Source of the DNA: Chrysomallon squamiferum
Taxonomy: Eukaryota; Animalia; Mollusca
Assembly: GCA_012295275.1 (NCBI GenBank)
Contig: CM022673.1
Span: 21,700,001 to 21,764,000, forward strand
DNA length: 64,000 nt
Direction of reading: 5' to 3'
Shown: positions 1 to 34,471 of the stretch, one piece after another
Numbering within the stretch: position 1 is the first letter of the stretch
Layout: each line of letters opens with the position of its first letter
Made by a program: the position numbers and the translations under genes
The notes under the pieces: model-generated
What the model was told of the DNA's origin: nothing
Databases searched by the model: none
The model's input: the letters and a program-made list of their open reading frames with translations, nothing else

Positions 1-1725
1 ATTCATAAACATTGCTTAATGAACAATTCAAATTGTAGCATTCATTTATGACTTGACCTGCATTAAATCATTCTCTTTTATTTAAAATTCAATTGAATAT
101 TACTACAATATTATGCCAACCTGTTAATAAAAGTATATTCTCTTTAACTAATAAATCTTGATTAGTTCTTATAAACGTAATTTTCGTACAAATATCTTGG
201 CATTTAATAATAATAAAAAAATAATAAGAATTAAAATTACACCCCCAAAACTAGTAAACAGCTGAATATTTTAATGTTGCATTTTTATTGAAGGCAGCAA
301 GTTGCTCTGTAAGGCAGCTACAGTCAAACAAGATAAAATATCCAACAAAAATAACAAATAAAGAGCAAACGTGTTCTTCATTTCAGGCATAATAATAAAA
401 AGAAAAATATCCCTATTTAAAAAATGTTCTTCTTTTGTTTTAAAAGGAGGATTTTAAAATGTATTATTTACTTTTGTTAAATTTGTTAAATATTAAAATT
501 TTGTTTCTATTTTTCAGAAATGAAATTATTTAAAAAACTTATGTTATTTTTATGATTATGGATTTTTAAAAATTTTTGTTTACAACTGCTCTTAAATATT
601 TCTTTGATCAGGCACCTCTGTTGTCTGACTTTTTTTTGATTATTTTTTTTTTGACAGAAACATATATTGGTTTAAATGTATTGATCTGTTATTTTCATTT
701 TTTGACCTATTTTCTAAATCTTTTGATAATTTTTACACATTTTGTTCAGATATTTGGTTTTTCTTCATGCATTTTTATATGCTATGGAATGACACCTAAT
801 GAATTCATTAATTTATATCAGACTGCATAAAGAAATAACTAAATATTATTGAAAGAATATATTGGTATATAGGCCTGTTTGGCTTACTATTAGAAATTAA
901 TGTTTTTTATAGTGTGCAAAATAATGAAAATACTAGAACATATTAATCTGTTAAAATATGGTTTCTTATTACTAGTCATTCTTTATGTGTTGTGAAATCA
1001 GTAGTAAGGAAAGTAAAAATTAGAAACAAAAAGATTATAGTTAAAATTCATGTTAATATTTAACAATGTAACATCAAATAATCTCATTATTAGTATAGAT
1101 TTAACAACTGAAATATTTGCATTCAGCTGTCATTTTGTCACATGTAATATATTGTCATTGCTTTCATTTTAAATCTCTAATCTGATTGTGTTATTTTGTA
1201 TTACACTAACCACTGCCATTGTGTTAAGTAGTTAGCAACATGAATGTTTAAATTATTTTTATTATTATACCATACTAAACATGGTATGGAATAGAAGGCA
1301 ACATGAGTTTTAATCTATGTCTGTTATTTTGTACTATTGTGTTATGTACATAATTAGAGTTGGGTTTTTAATTTAAAAACAAGTGTTTTTTTCATGTTTT
1401 GTTAAACATATAATGTTTCCTTTAGTAATGAATAATAGAATGAAATTTTGTGTTCAGTTCATTAGTACAGATTGCATGTCAGAATATGTGTCTCAAGATC
1501 ATAACTGCACATGAATGTGTCTGTGTGTTTGAGTATGTGTGTGTGTATGGGTGTGTGAGTGTGTGGATTTGTGTATATGTGTGTGTGTCTGTGTGTTTGA
1601 GTATGTAATGGGAGCATGCATGTGTTTATGGATGTATGTATGTTTGAGTGTGTGATAGAGATTTCATGTTTTTAATTATCTTATTACTATTGATTGTTGA
1701 TTGATTGGCTGATTGGATGATGATG

Positions 1726-1767
<42 letters not shown>

Positions 1768-3780
1768 GTTATTGTTGTTGTTAATATAATATACATTATT
1801 ATTTTCCTGTTCATTTAGACTTTTAAAATGCTATATCATTGATTTTTAAAAGATTTCTTTGTCTTTAATTTTTGTTGATGCATTTGAAATGAGCATCATT
1901 AATTTTGTTTATCATTTTCAGAAGCACACAGTATGTTGTTTTTATGATTATTATATATGTCAGTTGTTTGGTCTGGAGAACATCAGATAACATTATCATA
2001 TTTATTTGGTATTTTTAGAAATATGTATTTTTGCTTCTGTTATTTGGGTTTTAATCAAATATTTTAATAGTGAACCAGATTTTACATAAAAAGTAAATTA
2101 TCAACATAATTATTTCTGAAGAAGCACAATTTTAGCTTTTGAGTATTAAGAATTAAAGTAAAAAAGATCATGGAACTAATGTATATTAATTGTTTAACTG
2201 CACATTTTAATACTTTATTAACCAAATACACATAATTATACTGATACAATTACTTACAACATCGTTCAGCTTCATATTCTGATAACATAATGCTGTGTTT
2301 TTTATAGATATTTTACTTTTTTGTGTTACAGCAATTTTAGTAAGTTAAATATAGTAATTCTAAATAGAAAGAAAGAAAAGAACTTTCAGGGAAAGCAAAT
2401 GTCAATGCAACAGAGAACTGTGATTAGTTAGACAGCTGAGTTAAGCTGCAAACCACAAAGAGAAAAATGATAATGAACCACAAGAGCCAGATGCAAGAAT
2501 ACATTTATAGAGTATATCTGTGTTTCTCTCCTCACATAGCATGATAATTACTGATTTTTCAAATGTGTATTTGGCAAATAAGTATTTATCAGAAATGTGT
2601 AAACAAAATGTATCCTTATCTTCTAGTCACACTGATGTTGTAATTAATCTGTAGCTTTCAACAAAAATGGCTACCCACAAAGTATGTAAGTACCACATTT
2701 ACATAAACACCTTTTGTTAATCTGATTGTTATATATTAGTCAACCATTTTCACTTGAAAGTGAATCAAGCCAAATACCTTTTACCCTGTTATACAAAAAT
2801 ATAACAAATTTATTTGATTTGTACTTAAAATCTTAACATTAGTGAATCATATCAGATCATCATCTTCCACTGTTTGTTTTTGTGGCCTGCCTCATCTTAT
2901 GTTCTGAGAAAATAAATCAAAGTGAACTGTACGTGCTTACTCCATGGATAGCCATAGCAATTCAAATATCTGTTGTGTTGCAGTATGTTTGTATTTTATA
3001 TGAATGTGTGTGCATATGTATGAAGATGCATATCCATGTATGTTTTTATTGCAAGTATTAGAAAAAGTTCAAGTTTAATATAAATGAACATCTTGTGGAT
3101 ATGTGTATCCAACTTTTGTATTTATTTACTCTGCACAGTAGTGCTATCAGTGTTGTTATTTTCTCCCACAGAAAATGTGTTAAAGTCTATTTGGTATCAG
3201 TGAGGTTATGTGATTGCCTGGGGTAGTCTAGCAAACTTTTTTTTTTTGTGTGTGTATTTTTATTATGTTTTTATTTTCCTTTTTTTTTTTTTATTAGTGT
3301 CAGTTTCATGGACACCCTTTTCTTGATCTGTTTCTTATGTCATATTTTAAATTATTATTATTAAAGTGGCAAATATGTCATTGCAGTTTTTTATATATAT
3401 AATCAGTATATGGAATATATATTCTATTATTTACCGTGGATGGTTTGGAAATAAATACATAAAAATATAACAACATTTTCGTACAAGCCCCGTCCCATCA
3501 AAAAACCAAGCAACAACAAAGAAAATGTACAAACAAAAAAAAAAAAAAAAAATAAAAAAAAATATTAATAAATTGAAATTACCCTACTGAGCTATTATTA
3601 TCACCCTCTCACCCACACACGCACACGCGCACTTACTCATTAGCAACCACTCGAATAGAGGTTATATGTATATGTTCGGGGTTTGCGTTTGAAAGGTATT
3701 GAACATCATCGGTAACAAAAGAACGATGGGAAATGGTACATCTAAACAGAAAACGAGGGTTAGCTGTATAGAGTTCATAC

Positions 3781-3849
3781 TGACGTCGTCAGTTTTGCGT
3801 TATACCTCAATGGCCTAATTCTGTATAAATGAATTTTAAAATGACGTCA
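3781..3849 (+). promoter_or_regulatory. Candidate promoter of the orphan ORF: CRE-like palindrome, TATA box and perfect CRE
   Basis: TGACG-T-CGTCA at 3781-3791, TATAAA at 3824-3829 and TGACGTCA at 3842-3849, all 60-130 bp upstream of ATG 3910. Confidence 0.5.
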
Positions 3850-3909
3850 CCAAACAGTAACGGCATTAACACCGGTAGTTTATAGAACAGTTTGAAATTA
3901 CAAGTTATC

Positions 3910-5994
3910 ATGGAACGCAGAGTTCATCCATTATATCACAACTGCGTCCGGGGCTTACTTGTTTTCATTCGAAGATTCATCACTTGGATTCGACCTGCAA
4001 AAAACAGAAATACAAAGTCGAATTTAAATATAAATGTCTCAGATAGCGAACTGAATGGAGATGTGGATAGTGAAAATAAGTCGGAGGAAAGAATTTTCCA
4101 TACAGCAGCATGGGAAATAGACGAAACGAAACCAAACTTCCTAGACTTGGAAGGAAATCTAAAAACCTACCATGATGTTAGTTCATTACATGCTTCTGGC
4201 AGTTCAAAGCAATTTCGCCCTTTGAGGGAAACTGGTGTGCTGTCAAGTCCCAGAACTATAGTGTTTGGAAAAGATGAAAACAGAATAAAAACTCTGAATG
4301 ACAGAAAATATTTACGGCACTTTGATTGTCATATCCAGACATTGTGTAGCATAGAACAAAAAATAACAGAAGTAAATAATAAAGTGTTAGAACTAGAGAT
4401 TAATTCTAAATCAGAATGCATATCCCCTACTCATACTGACCTGTGTGATAAGAAAAGAAACGATGGCACCAAATTGAACGACCCTTCTGAACCGACAGAG
4501 GATTCAGCTAAAAAGAACGACATCAGGACATATTCATTTAGTAATCCTGAGATTGTTGGGAAAACTTTAATGGAAAAGCGTATTTTCGAATGTTTTAACA
4601 CACCACGCGAAGATTTAATCACGACATCTAATCCCTATAGAGGAAGGCCAAAAGCTACTGAAAGTCGTGCATCACCAATTTCCAAAATACCAAGAAGGAT
4701 CAATACAACAAATGATAAACCCGAAAGAAGACAACTCATTGCTAAACGTTTCAAGAAAGATACTGCAGTTCCACGCTCAAAACCTGTTTTGGACACCAAC
4801 ATCAGTTTTACTTTCAAGCCTACGAAACCATCCTCTCAAGGCAGTACAGTAACCGCGATAAGCCATACCAGTCAAAGTATAACTAATACTGCTAGCAAAA
4901 CGAAGACAGCAACTGCTGCAAAAACAGAAACTAAACCAGAACTTGATTCACGAATGATCGTTTCTGAGGATGCGCCAGAACGTAAAAAAAAGTCTTGCGA
5001 TCCTTATCCATTTTCACGTATTGTGTTTAAAGAAAAGCTAAAGAAGTCTTCAGCTGAAACAAGACATCAGAAAGACGATTCTGATAATTTGGTGTCAGTT
5101 CGCAACTTGAAAATAGCACTGCAGACAGAGGCTGGAAAACAAAATAAACCTGCCGGAGAAAGCAGAGCACCAAAGTTTCGGAACAAATATACATCAACTC
5201 AAGAAGACGGCGGTGGATTCTGTACTATCATCAAAAGCAGACCGCGAAAATACTTTGGGGAGGCCGAGGTTGGCGGCCACGAACACCCGAATAGTAAAAG
5301 CACACAAGTAAATCTAGACAATGATTGTGACAGTGTAGAAAATATTAGTTCAAAATGTGTGGAACCGTCCAGTTTCTTTTCAAATGTTCGAGGACAGTTC
5401 GAAATAGCTACATACAGAATGGACGACCGAGTGGAAGAACAGCGCTGTGGTAAAGGTTTTCGAGTGAGTGTGCCACAGGGTAAAATAAAACGCCGCGGAA
5501 TAGCAAACAAACATCTCGGTTCACAGCGGTACACGCTCAAGTTCGATGAGGCTGAAAACTGGGAAACAGAACTGATGAGGGTCCCTTCAGATACAAGCAA
5601 CTCTTCGGACATTGGCGATGACAAAACAACAGCGAGAAAAAAAGATAGTGATAAAGTTTCACAGGGCGGTAACCAGAATTCCCCAAAAGACGGTTGCCAA
5701 GGGGATACTCGTGAAAGCAACCCCAAATCCTTAACTGGCGACGAAAGCCTAAAGCAAGATATTCGTCACTTTTGCGAAGTTCCATTAATGGTTCTTCAAA
5801 AGAAGTCAACAGACGAAGATCTAATGGCTACATATGGAGGAACTCGAGGAAGGAAGAAGAACAAAGTAAAGGGTAAAAAGGAATCAAAGAAGTCAGGTAG
5901 CCAGACACGGAGCACCATCATTGGACCGTCATTCATCAACAACAAAACCAGCGTTCATAGACGTTCTCTGAATGTTAGTAATAAGCATTTGTAA
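3910..5994 (+). CDS. Intronless orphan ORF, about 694 aa, Lys/Ser/Arg/Thr-rich and probably largely disordered; function unknown
   Basis: About 2.1 kb stop-free frame in AT-rich DNA. First ATG at 3910 (the track starts at TTG 3892), TAA at 5992-5994, AATAAA at 6016-6021 followed by a GT/T-rich tract. No recognisable domain. Confidence 0.8.
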   Translation: MERRVHPLYHNCVRGLLVFIRRFITWIRPAKNRNTKSNLNINVSDSELNGDVDSENKSEERIFHTAAWEIDETKPNFLDLEGNLKTYHDVSSLHASGSSKQFRPLRETGVLSSPRTIVFGKDENRIKTLNDRKYLRHFDCHIQTLCSIEQKITEVNNKVLELEINSKSECISPTHTDLCDKKRNDGTKLNDPSEPTEDSAKKNDIRTYSFSNPEIVGKTLMEKRIFECFNTPREDLITTSNPYRGRPKATESRASPISKIPRRINTTNDKPERRQLIAKRFKKDTAVPRSKPVLDTNISFTFKPTKPSSQGSTVTAISHTSQSITNTASKTKTATAAKTETKPELDSRMIVSEDAPERKKKSCDPYPFSRIVFKEKLKKSSAETRHQKDDSDNLVSVRNLKIALQTEAGKQNKPAGESRAPKFRNKYTSTQEDGGGFCTIIKSRPRKYFGEAEVGGHEHPNSKSTQVNLDNDCDSVENISSKCVEPSSFFSNVRGQFEIATYRMDDRVEEQRCGKGFRVSVPQGKIKRRGIANKHLGSQRYTLKFDEAENWETELMRVPSDTSNSSDIGDDKTTARKKDSDKVSQGGNQNSPKDGCQGDTRESNPKSLTGDESLKQDIRHFCEVPLMVLQKKSTDEDLMATYGGTRGRKKNKVKGKKESKKSGSQTRSTIIGPSFINNKTSVHRRSLNVSNKHL

Positions 5995-6015
5995 AACCTT
6001 GTTAACTAGAAGAAA

Positions 6016-6021
6016 AATAAA
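6016..6021 (+). terminator. Polyadenylation signal of the orphan ORF
   Basis: AATAAA about 20 nt after the stop codon, with a downstream GTTTTGTGTTGTTTCTGTTTTT element. Confidence 0.6.
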
Positions 6022-6795
6022 GACATCAAAGCTCGTTTTGTGTTGTTTCTGTTTTTTTCTGCAGCGCAAGATGGGAAAATAAACTTCGTAGAAATTAACA
6101 CAAGATCAGCTAGCCTATATCATTTTGTTTTAAGAAATAGCTATTCGCGATGATAAATAAATAAGCATATAAACAAAAAATTAAATTACGGTTTAAATAT
6201 TTACCCCCCCAGAACCCCCCCCACAAATAAACAAATTAAAATAATAACAACAAGCAGAACACCTGATAAACTAAAATAAAATACAAATGTTTGCCGAAAA
6301 AAAGAAGCCCTTACAGAACACACATATGCACAAATTTAGCATATCCGTATATCTATCTGTCAGAGTTCATTAATAAGGTGTTAGAACACCAAATACAATT
6401 ACGACATCCATGTACTAGAAGCATATATATATATATACATTTCTCCATTTCATCATTTCATTATGTTTATCGTTTGCAATATCTATTGACAGTCACTGTT
6501 GCAGTGTGACACTGACATTTTTTTCATTATTAGACAGCTTTGGCATAGACGTAACTTTAACCTATTTCCTGAACCATAGGTCCGACGTGATCAGATATGT
6601 CAACGGATTTTGTCTACTAACAAGACAGACATGTACTTATAAATGACGGAAAAGATCTTTTCACAGTGATTTCTTAAATGAACATAAAGAATAACTGATG
6701 GATATTTTATCTGTAATTAAGTGACTGAAAAGTAATATTAATTATAAAGTAATCATAGCGATATATGAAGCTGAAAAAAACACCCAAAACACAGC

Positions 6796-6801
6796 TTTAT
6801 T
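6796..6801 (-). terminator. Candidate polyadenylation signal of mosaic gene A
   Basis: TTTATT on the + strand (AATAAA on -) about 530 nt downstream of the stop at 7327-7329. Confidence 0.35.
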
Positions 6802-7326
6802 GATTCGTATTAGAAAATTACAAAGTGAGAATACTAATGAGTCAGCTCACCAGTTTCAGTTAAAAATCAGTAAATAAGAATTAAGAGTTACTATTTTTAT
6901 GCAAATAATGAAATAGAATAGAATAAGTGTGAGCCAATTAAAAAATAAAAACACAAACACAAAATAAAAAAAAAAAAAAAATGAAAATGAAGGAAAAAAA
7001 GAAAAAGAAGTAAAGTTTAAATAACATCCTCATTATAGTTTTAGAAATTATAAATCCTAATTTAAGAAAAAAAACCTTCTCGATAATGATAGAACAGCAG
7101 CAGTGGTAGTAGTGGTAGTAGTAGTAGTAGTAGTTGCAGTAGTAGTAGTACTAATAGCAGTAGTGATAGTATTGTAATAGTAAAAAACATAACACAGATG
7201 AATATATAGATGAATACATGCATTCATAAGCACATACATATGAATATTTTTTTCAGATATTATGGAAATAAAAAATATATTTTGCTTTGTCATTGCCATT
7301 TCTGTCAGTCATAATACAAAAATGTT

Positions 7327-23580
<16,254 letters not shown>

Positions 23581-24645
23581 GTTCTGCTTGTGCCACTGTA
23601 TAACTGTGTTAGCTCACTGCTGTGTGTTACAGCTATTTAGAAATATGAGTAATGGTTCTAATATACTGTTCATATAATGTTAGGTCCGCCTACATTTTGT
23701 AATCACCTAATAAACTGGACGATGGATCGTTTTAAATTGTCATATTAACTGAATTATTATTATTATTATTATTGTTGTTGTTGTTGTTGACGTCGTCGTC
23801 GTTGGTGTTGTTAACGTTTTCGTTATAACTACAATATTTTTAAAAACATTGTTTTTATTTTAAACTTTGATAATTGTTTATACAAAGTCATATTATTTTG
23901 ATAAACTCGCTACATAAAGATTTCATGTTTTACATGTTTTTCGTATTAATATTTTTATAATGAAAAACTGTCTTCATCTAATTACCGTTACAAGACTATT
24001 TCACGAGTAAATTTTCACTCACCTAAATAATAATAATGATTACTGATATTGGACTTTTATAACCATATGCAGGCAAATAATATTACTTTGCTCCTGAATT
24101 TAATTTTTATCAGTTTATATGTCATGTCAGTATAATAGATGCAGTATATAAACAGTTTGTCAATATGTAGGAATGTTATATTTCGGACTTTTTAAAAATT
24201 ATCATTACTTTCTTTTTATCACTGATTAAATTCACATACATCACTGTTTACTGAATGGACTAAGCTGTTTGACCTCCCAGAGACAAATGTTGTCGCTTTA
24301 ACAGGAAAATAAGCCACAGATCAAATTCATTTATTAAAACAAATAGATTTTCACAGCGCCTATATATTTGAACATCTTTTGTGGATTTCATCTCTGTGTC
24401 TCTTTGTTTCTTTGTTTTTCTCTCTCTTTCTGTACGTCCGTCAATTTCTCACATTATATGTATTTATATTATACCTGTCTGTATCTCGTTCCAAACTCAC
24501 TATGACTCATTATCGCTTTTATCTGTAACAAAGATCTATGCTTTTAAATTTCAAAACATATGCATTTATAAGTTCGCAATACTTTTCAACCAACAACAAA
24601 GAAAATATATAAAACCGCATATACATTCATACATATACATATATA

Positions 24646-24768
<123 letters not shown>

Positions 24769-24907
24769 AAACAGTAGGTTTGTGCACACACTCCGAAAGC
24801 GGCAGAATTAAAAAGAAACAGGAATACTTTGTAAAGACTATTAAATTTACTGAGATTTACGGGTTATTCATATTACACATTTTAGTTAAAATAATATTTT
24901 ATGAAAG

Positions 24908-24938
<31 letters not shown>

Positions 24939-25672
24939 TCAGGATCATATACAGTACACGCCTACGAACACAGTCTGGGCAAACTGCTATAGTCTGAAGC
25001 AGTCCAGTTAACCACAAGTATGCAAAGTCCAGTGTTCCAACTGACTGTCTCTCTGACTGTATGACTATTGGGCAAAAACCGTAGACACAGTGAGTATGTT
25101 GATTACAGTTCACAACTACATCTGTTTGTTATTTGTTCTCTGTTATATATATTTTTATACTCGACTGTTTCTGCTAATAAAACGCATCAGTAATCCATAA
25201 AATAATAAAACTTGTTATAATTCTGGTAAATACTTTTTTATTTTATTTTTTATATTATATTAACAAAATGCGAACCAAGCATATTATTGATGATGGTTAT
25301 GCATAACTCTGTATACAATTAGTCATTCTTCAAGTCATTTCCAGAGAAATCTGTAAGTATTGACAATCTGATTACGAATATTAAAATACAACTGTGATTT
25401 AATATTATTGTGCATTTAAAAACATTAACACTTACCTATTTGTAGACTTGTATTCCTGTTGTTCCGAAATTGTTTAGGACAATAAGTGTGATTTCTAAAC
25501 GACTACAAGTCCTATTAAACCTGTCTTGGAAGAATGGCAGACATTTTAGAGATGAAACACAAGAGATGAAGTTGTGTTTTGTAGAGGTGGCACTGGTTAT
25601 ATATCTAAATTATTTAATGCATCCTTTCGACTGAAGAGAATGAGAAAGAAAGAGAAAGAATGAGAGATACAG

Positions 25673-25793
<121 letters not shown>

Positions 25794-26111
25794 AAGAGAG
25801 AGGACGACGACGACGATTAGAGTAAAATTAGGATATCAAATGTCATTGGCAATGTAATGACAAAATAAAAATGTAGATTCAGTGACAATTATTTGGTTTT
25901 TCACACCAATATGTTAACCTTTTCCTTAATTCACCATTTAATGCTATTAAATTCAGCAATGACACTCGGTACATTTTGTTTATAAAGTAATATTTTATAT
26001 GAGCAATGCCAATTATAGAAATTATCAAATGCCTACAGCTGATATATTTCAAACAAAATTTAAAACAAAACCAAAACAAACAAACCAAAAATATAATAAA
26101 TAAATACAAAA

Positions 26112-26142
<31 letters not shown>

Positions 26143-26219
26143 CAAATTACACTAAAACAAACAAAATTTACTGTTAGATTCTGATTTGATTATTTTAGCT
26201 ATCTCGCTGTGGGTATGTA

Positions 26220-26265
<46 letters not shown>

Positions 26266-26712
26266 TGTCTGTCTGTCTGTGTGTGTGTGTGTGTAATTCA
26301 TTTCCTAATAATATGCAGATACTTCCTGTTTGTATAAATTATATTTTCAGTTCATTTTATTGAGAAAGACAGAAGAGAGGGACAAACGGTTAAATATGTA
26401 ATTATATATCTTAATACATACTTATTTGTTTTAAATTATTATTAGTTAATTAGTTAAATTTTCAAAGATATAGTTCTTTCTTTATTTTTAATAACATTAA
26501 TAACTAGTTAATATACTTTTCATCATAATTTTTTTCTTGATAGTGTAAAAAAACCCCTCTGTTTTATTGTAACTATTGTTTTAATGATACATTGATATAT
26601 AATTAATAATTATATTACGCCTTTCCCTTTTTATTATTCATGTCGGTATTTTTGTGAATCTTTGTGGTATACACTTAGGCCGTCATTTAAATAAATTTCC
26701 CGACATTCATTA

Positions 26713-26720
26713 GTCACGTG
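26713..26720 (+). promoter_or_regulatory. GTCACGTG E-box upstream of hnRNP paralog 1
   Basis: Lies about 110 bp upstream of ATG 26827. The same octamer is in the equivalent position and orientation upstream of paralog 2. Confidence 0.55.
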
Positions 26721-26826
26721 GTTTGCCTCCTACCATTTTTCTAGGAGAGCGTGATTATTTTTCTTATCAAGTTATTTGTAAAAATCTAATTTTTTTTAAA
26801 AATTTTAATAAAAGTCTTCGTTAGTT

Positions 26827-31888
<5,062 letters not shown>

Positions 31889-33906
31889 ATTTCCAAAACT
31901 GTTGGTTTTCCAGGTTAGTGCTAAGTGTCAGCTTGGCAGTAAATCACATAAATTCAGAAGACCAAAATAATCTACTGAAGATAATTAATAGTGATTTATT
32001 AGATAATTCAGTTCAAACATTAGAGTAAATAAACATTTTATAAGCTATGTGTAAGTGATAATGAATGTAGAATCTCAAATACACCATTGAAATGCTGCAT
32101 TTGTAGCACTAAATGAGGATATTAATTTTTGTTTTTACCATTGGCAACGTCTAGGTAGGCTCAGTGAGTGAACAAATCCAAGGAAGATTCGTTAAGCAGG
32201 CAGGCTACATTAGACAGCACAAACCAGGACCTTAATTTATGAAGCTTATTCTTAATAAGTCTTTTTATAGGCTAGGCCTAAACAAAACTTAAATTAATGC
32301 TGGTATCACCAGTATAGACAGTCCCCATGTGGATTTCTAGTGCAGACAAAGTTCTCATAAACAGTGTATGTGCTAAGTTTCAGCAAGCGGTTTATGATAA
32401 TAATCTGCCAGGTGGATCAGGACCCATTAGTGAAAAAAGTTTTTAACACTAGCTAGTTCATAGCTAGACTAACAATAGCCTTTTTAGACCATGGTGATAA
32501 TCTTGGCCAGTTTATCATGGAAAGGGTAGTTCTACTTACAAACCTGTCTGGAAAATCAGCTGTTTATAATATGGTATTAAAAGTATTTTGGACAGAAAAT
32601 CATCAGTCATCAGTAATGAGTATTGTCAGTCTTGTGTGAACATTAAGAAATTCATCTTATCGCTGTGTTTCAACCATTTCCACTGTGTCTCCTCATGAAA
32701 ATAAAACGTGTCAAAAATATAGTCTGCTAGTGGGTTTTTTAAAATGTAGAGAGAAATTATTTACATGTGCTGTGAATGTATGCATGGATGGTTAGTTAAA
32801 TACTTTTTGTTGCCATATTTAAATTTATTGCAGTTCACTGAACATCTTTAGAATGTTCTTAAAAACAGGAAATTTTAGAACTCACAAAAAGATTAATAAT
32901 TCTATGTCCTTAAATTTACAGTCAGTATAAAGTATCAGTTTCTGTTAAATGAACATTTTTATTATGTAATGAAAAATGTGGCGTTAGAAACATTAAGAAT
33001 TTTTTTTTGTGTTGTTGGATGTTATATTGCCACAATATTTGTAGTATATAACAGATGTTTGATTTGAAGTTTTATGTGTTTTAATTTCAGCTGTTAAACA
33101 TGGTTTAAGGTTGACATGTAAAATATTTTGTAATTTGCTGTTAAAAAGTTAAAACCTATTAAATACTCTTTTGAGTAAAATTAAAAATTCTAAGTAAGTT
33201 AAATGTCTCTTGTTCTGAAGTTTTTTTCTTTCTAAAGTAAAAAAAAAAATTGCAATAGGTTTTTAGTAAGATTGAAAGGAAAAACAGAAATAGCTTTTTT
33301 ATTAGTAAAATTATTTCTAGAGTATCTTGTATGTTTTTTCTTTTTCTTTTTTAAATTGATACTTAAAACATTTAGTTTTGAAGAGAGAACATAGTAAACT
33401 GCCTTGAACATATTTTGTTAAAATGGGTGCTACTCTAATCCATTTGTAAGTGATGCGGGTTGAAGAAGCTGCAAGTCACTATTATAAAAATGTACGTTGT
33501 CATGGTTTTTTGAGGAGTAATATCCTAACATAATCATAAGACTTTAATTTTTCTAAATGTATACTATAAAGTGGCTACTATATGTATTGTACTGAAGTAA
33601 GTATAAGATTTGGGTTTATTCAAAACGTGCTGTGAATTTTCTATGTAATTTCTATGTGCAGACCAATATCTATAAATACAAGCTTGGGTATTTTAAAGAC
33701 ATGAATTGTATGATAGAGCAGAATATATTGTACGTGATGACCTTGCAGCACTATTGCATTTAAGCAGCATTAAAGGCTATGTAGATAACAAGACGTCAGC
33801 AGTAGGAAGTCCTAGATAGTGTCCAGGATATTGTAGGCTATTACCATCATAGTGCTTAAGATAAGAGGTAAGATAGGATTTTTATTAAGAGTAATTTGTC
33901 CTGATC

Positions 33907-34040
33907 TGGGCCTTGCATTTTACTTACACTAAATTTAGCCTATTTACTTTTATCTGTTTATGGAAGATAGGAATAGAAAACTTGGGTGTTACGTCTAGGA
34001 ATAGAGATGAAGATTCTGATAATGAAAAATGCAAGGCCCA
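33907..34040 (+). promoter_or_regulatory. Stem-loop with perfect 15-bp arms enclosing UAGGA motifs in the hnRNP paralog 1 3' region
   Basis: TGGGCCTTGCATTTT (33907-33921) is the exact reverse complement of AAAATGCAAGGCCCA (34026-34040). The loop carries TAGGAATAGA twice. Confidence 0.6.
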
Positions 34041-34435
34041 AGTTAACTTGTAGATTTTTTTTTTTTTTTTTCTTATTTTTTTTTCCATAATGTATGATAA
34101 AACTATTTGGAGATGATATTTCCTAGAGTTACTGTAGGTTTTTAAAAAAATTATTGTTAGCTGAGTAAGTTTAAATTAAATTTTTTTTTTCCCTCTGTTA
34201 ATCATGAAGTTTTAACTCACTGCTTTTCTTCAATAAATGCTTTTCTTTGAATGGCTTTGTTCAGATTATGGATACTAGAGAAAAGTTTTTATTTTATATT
34301 CATAGGAATCAGTTAACAGTTGCTTGAAGAGTGAATTCTTGATGAGATGAAAGAGCAACAAATGCTGTAATAGCAGAGGTTTGTTAACTTTTGTTGTTGG
34401 TCTTATATAAGCAATACAAATTTCCATTTCCATAC

Positions 34436-34471
<36 letters not shown>

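Noticed and set aside
4431-5809. Several antisense or alternate-frame ORFs, including a 175-aa minus-strand ORF
   Set aside because: They are shadows of the long plus-strand ORF, with no independent motifs or signals.
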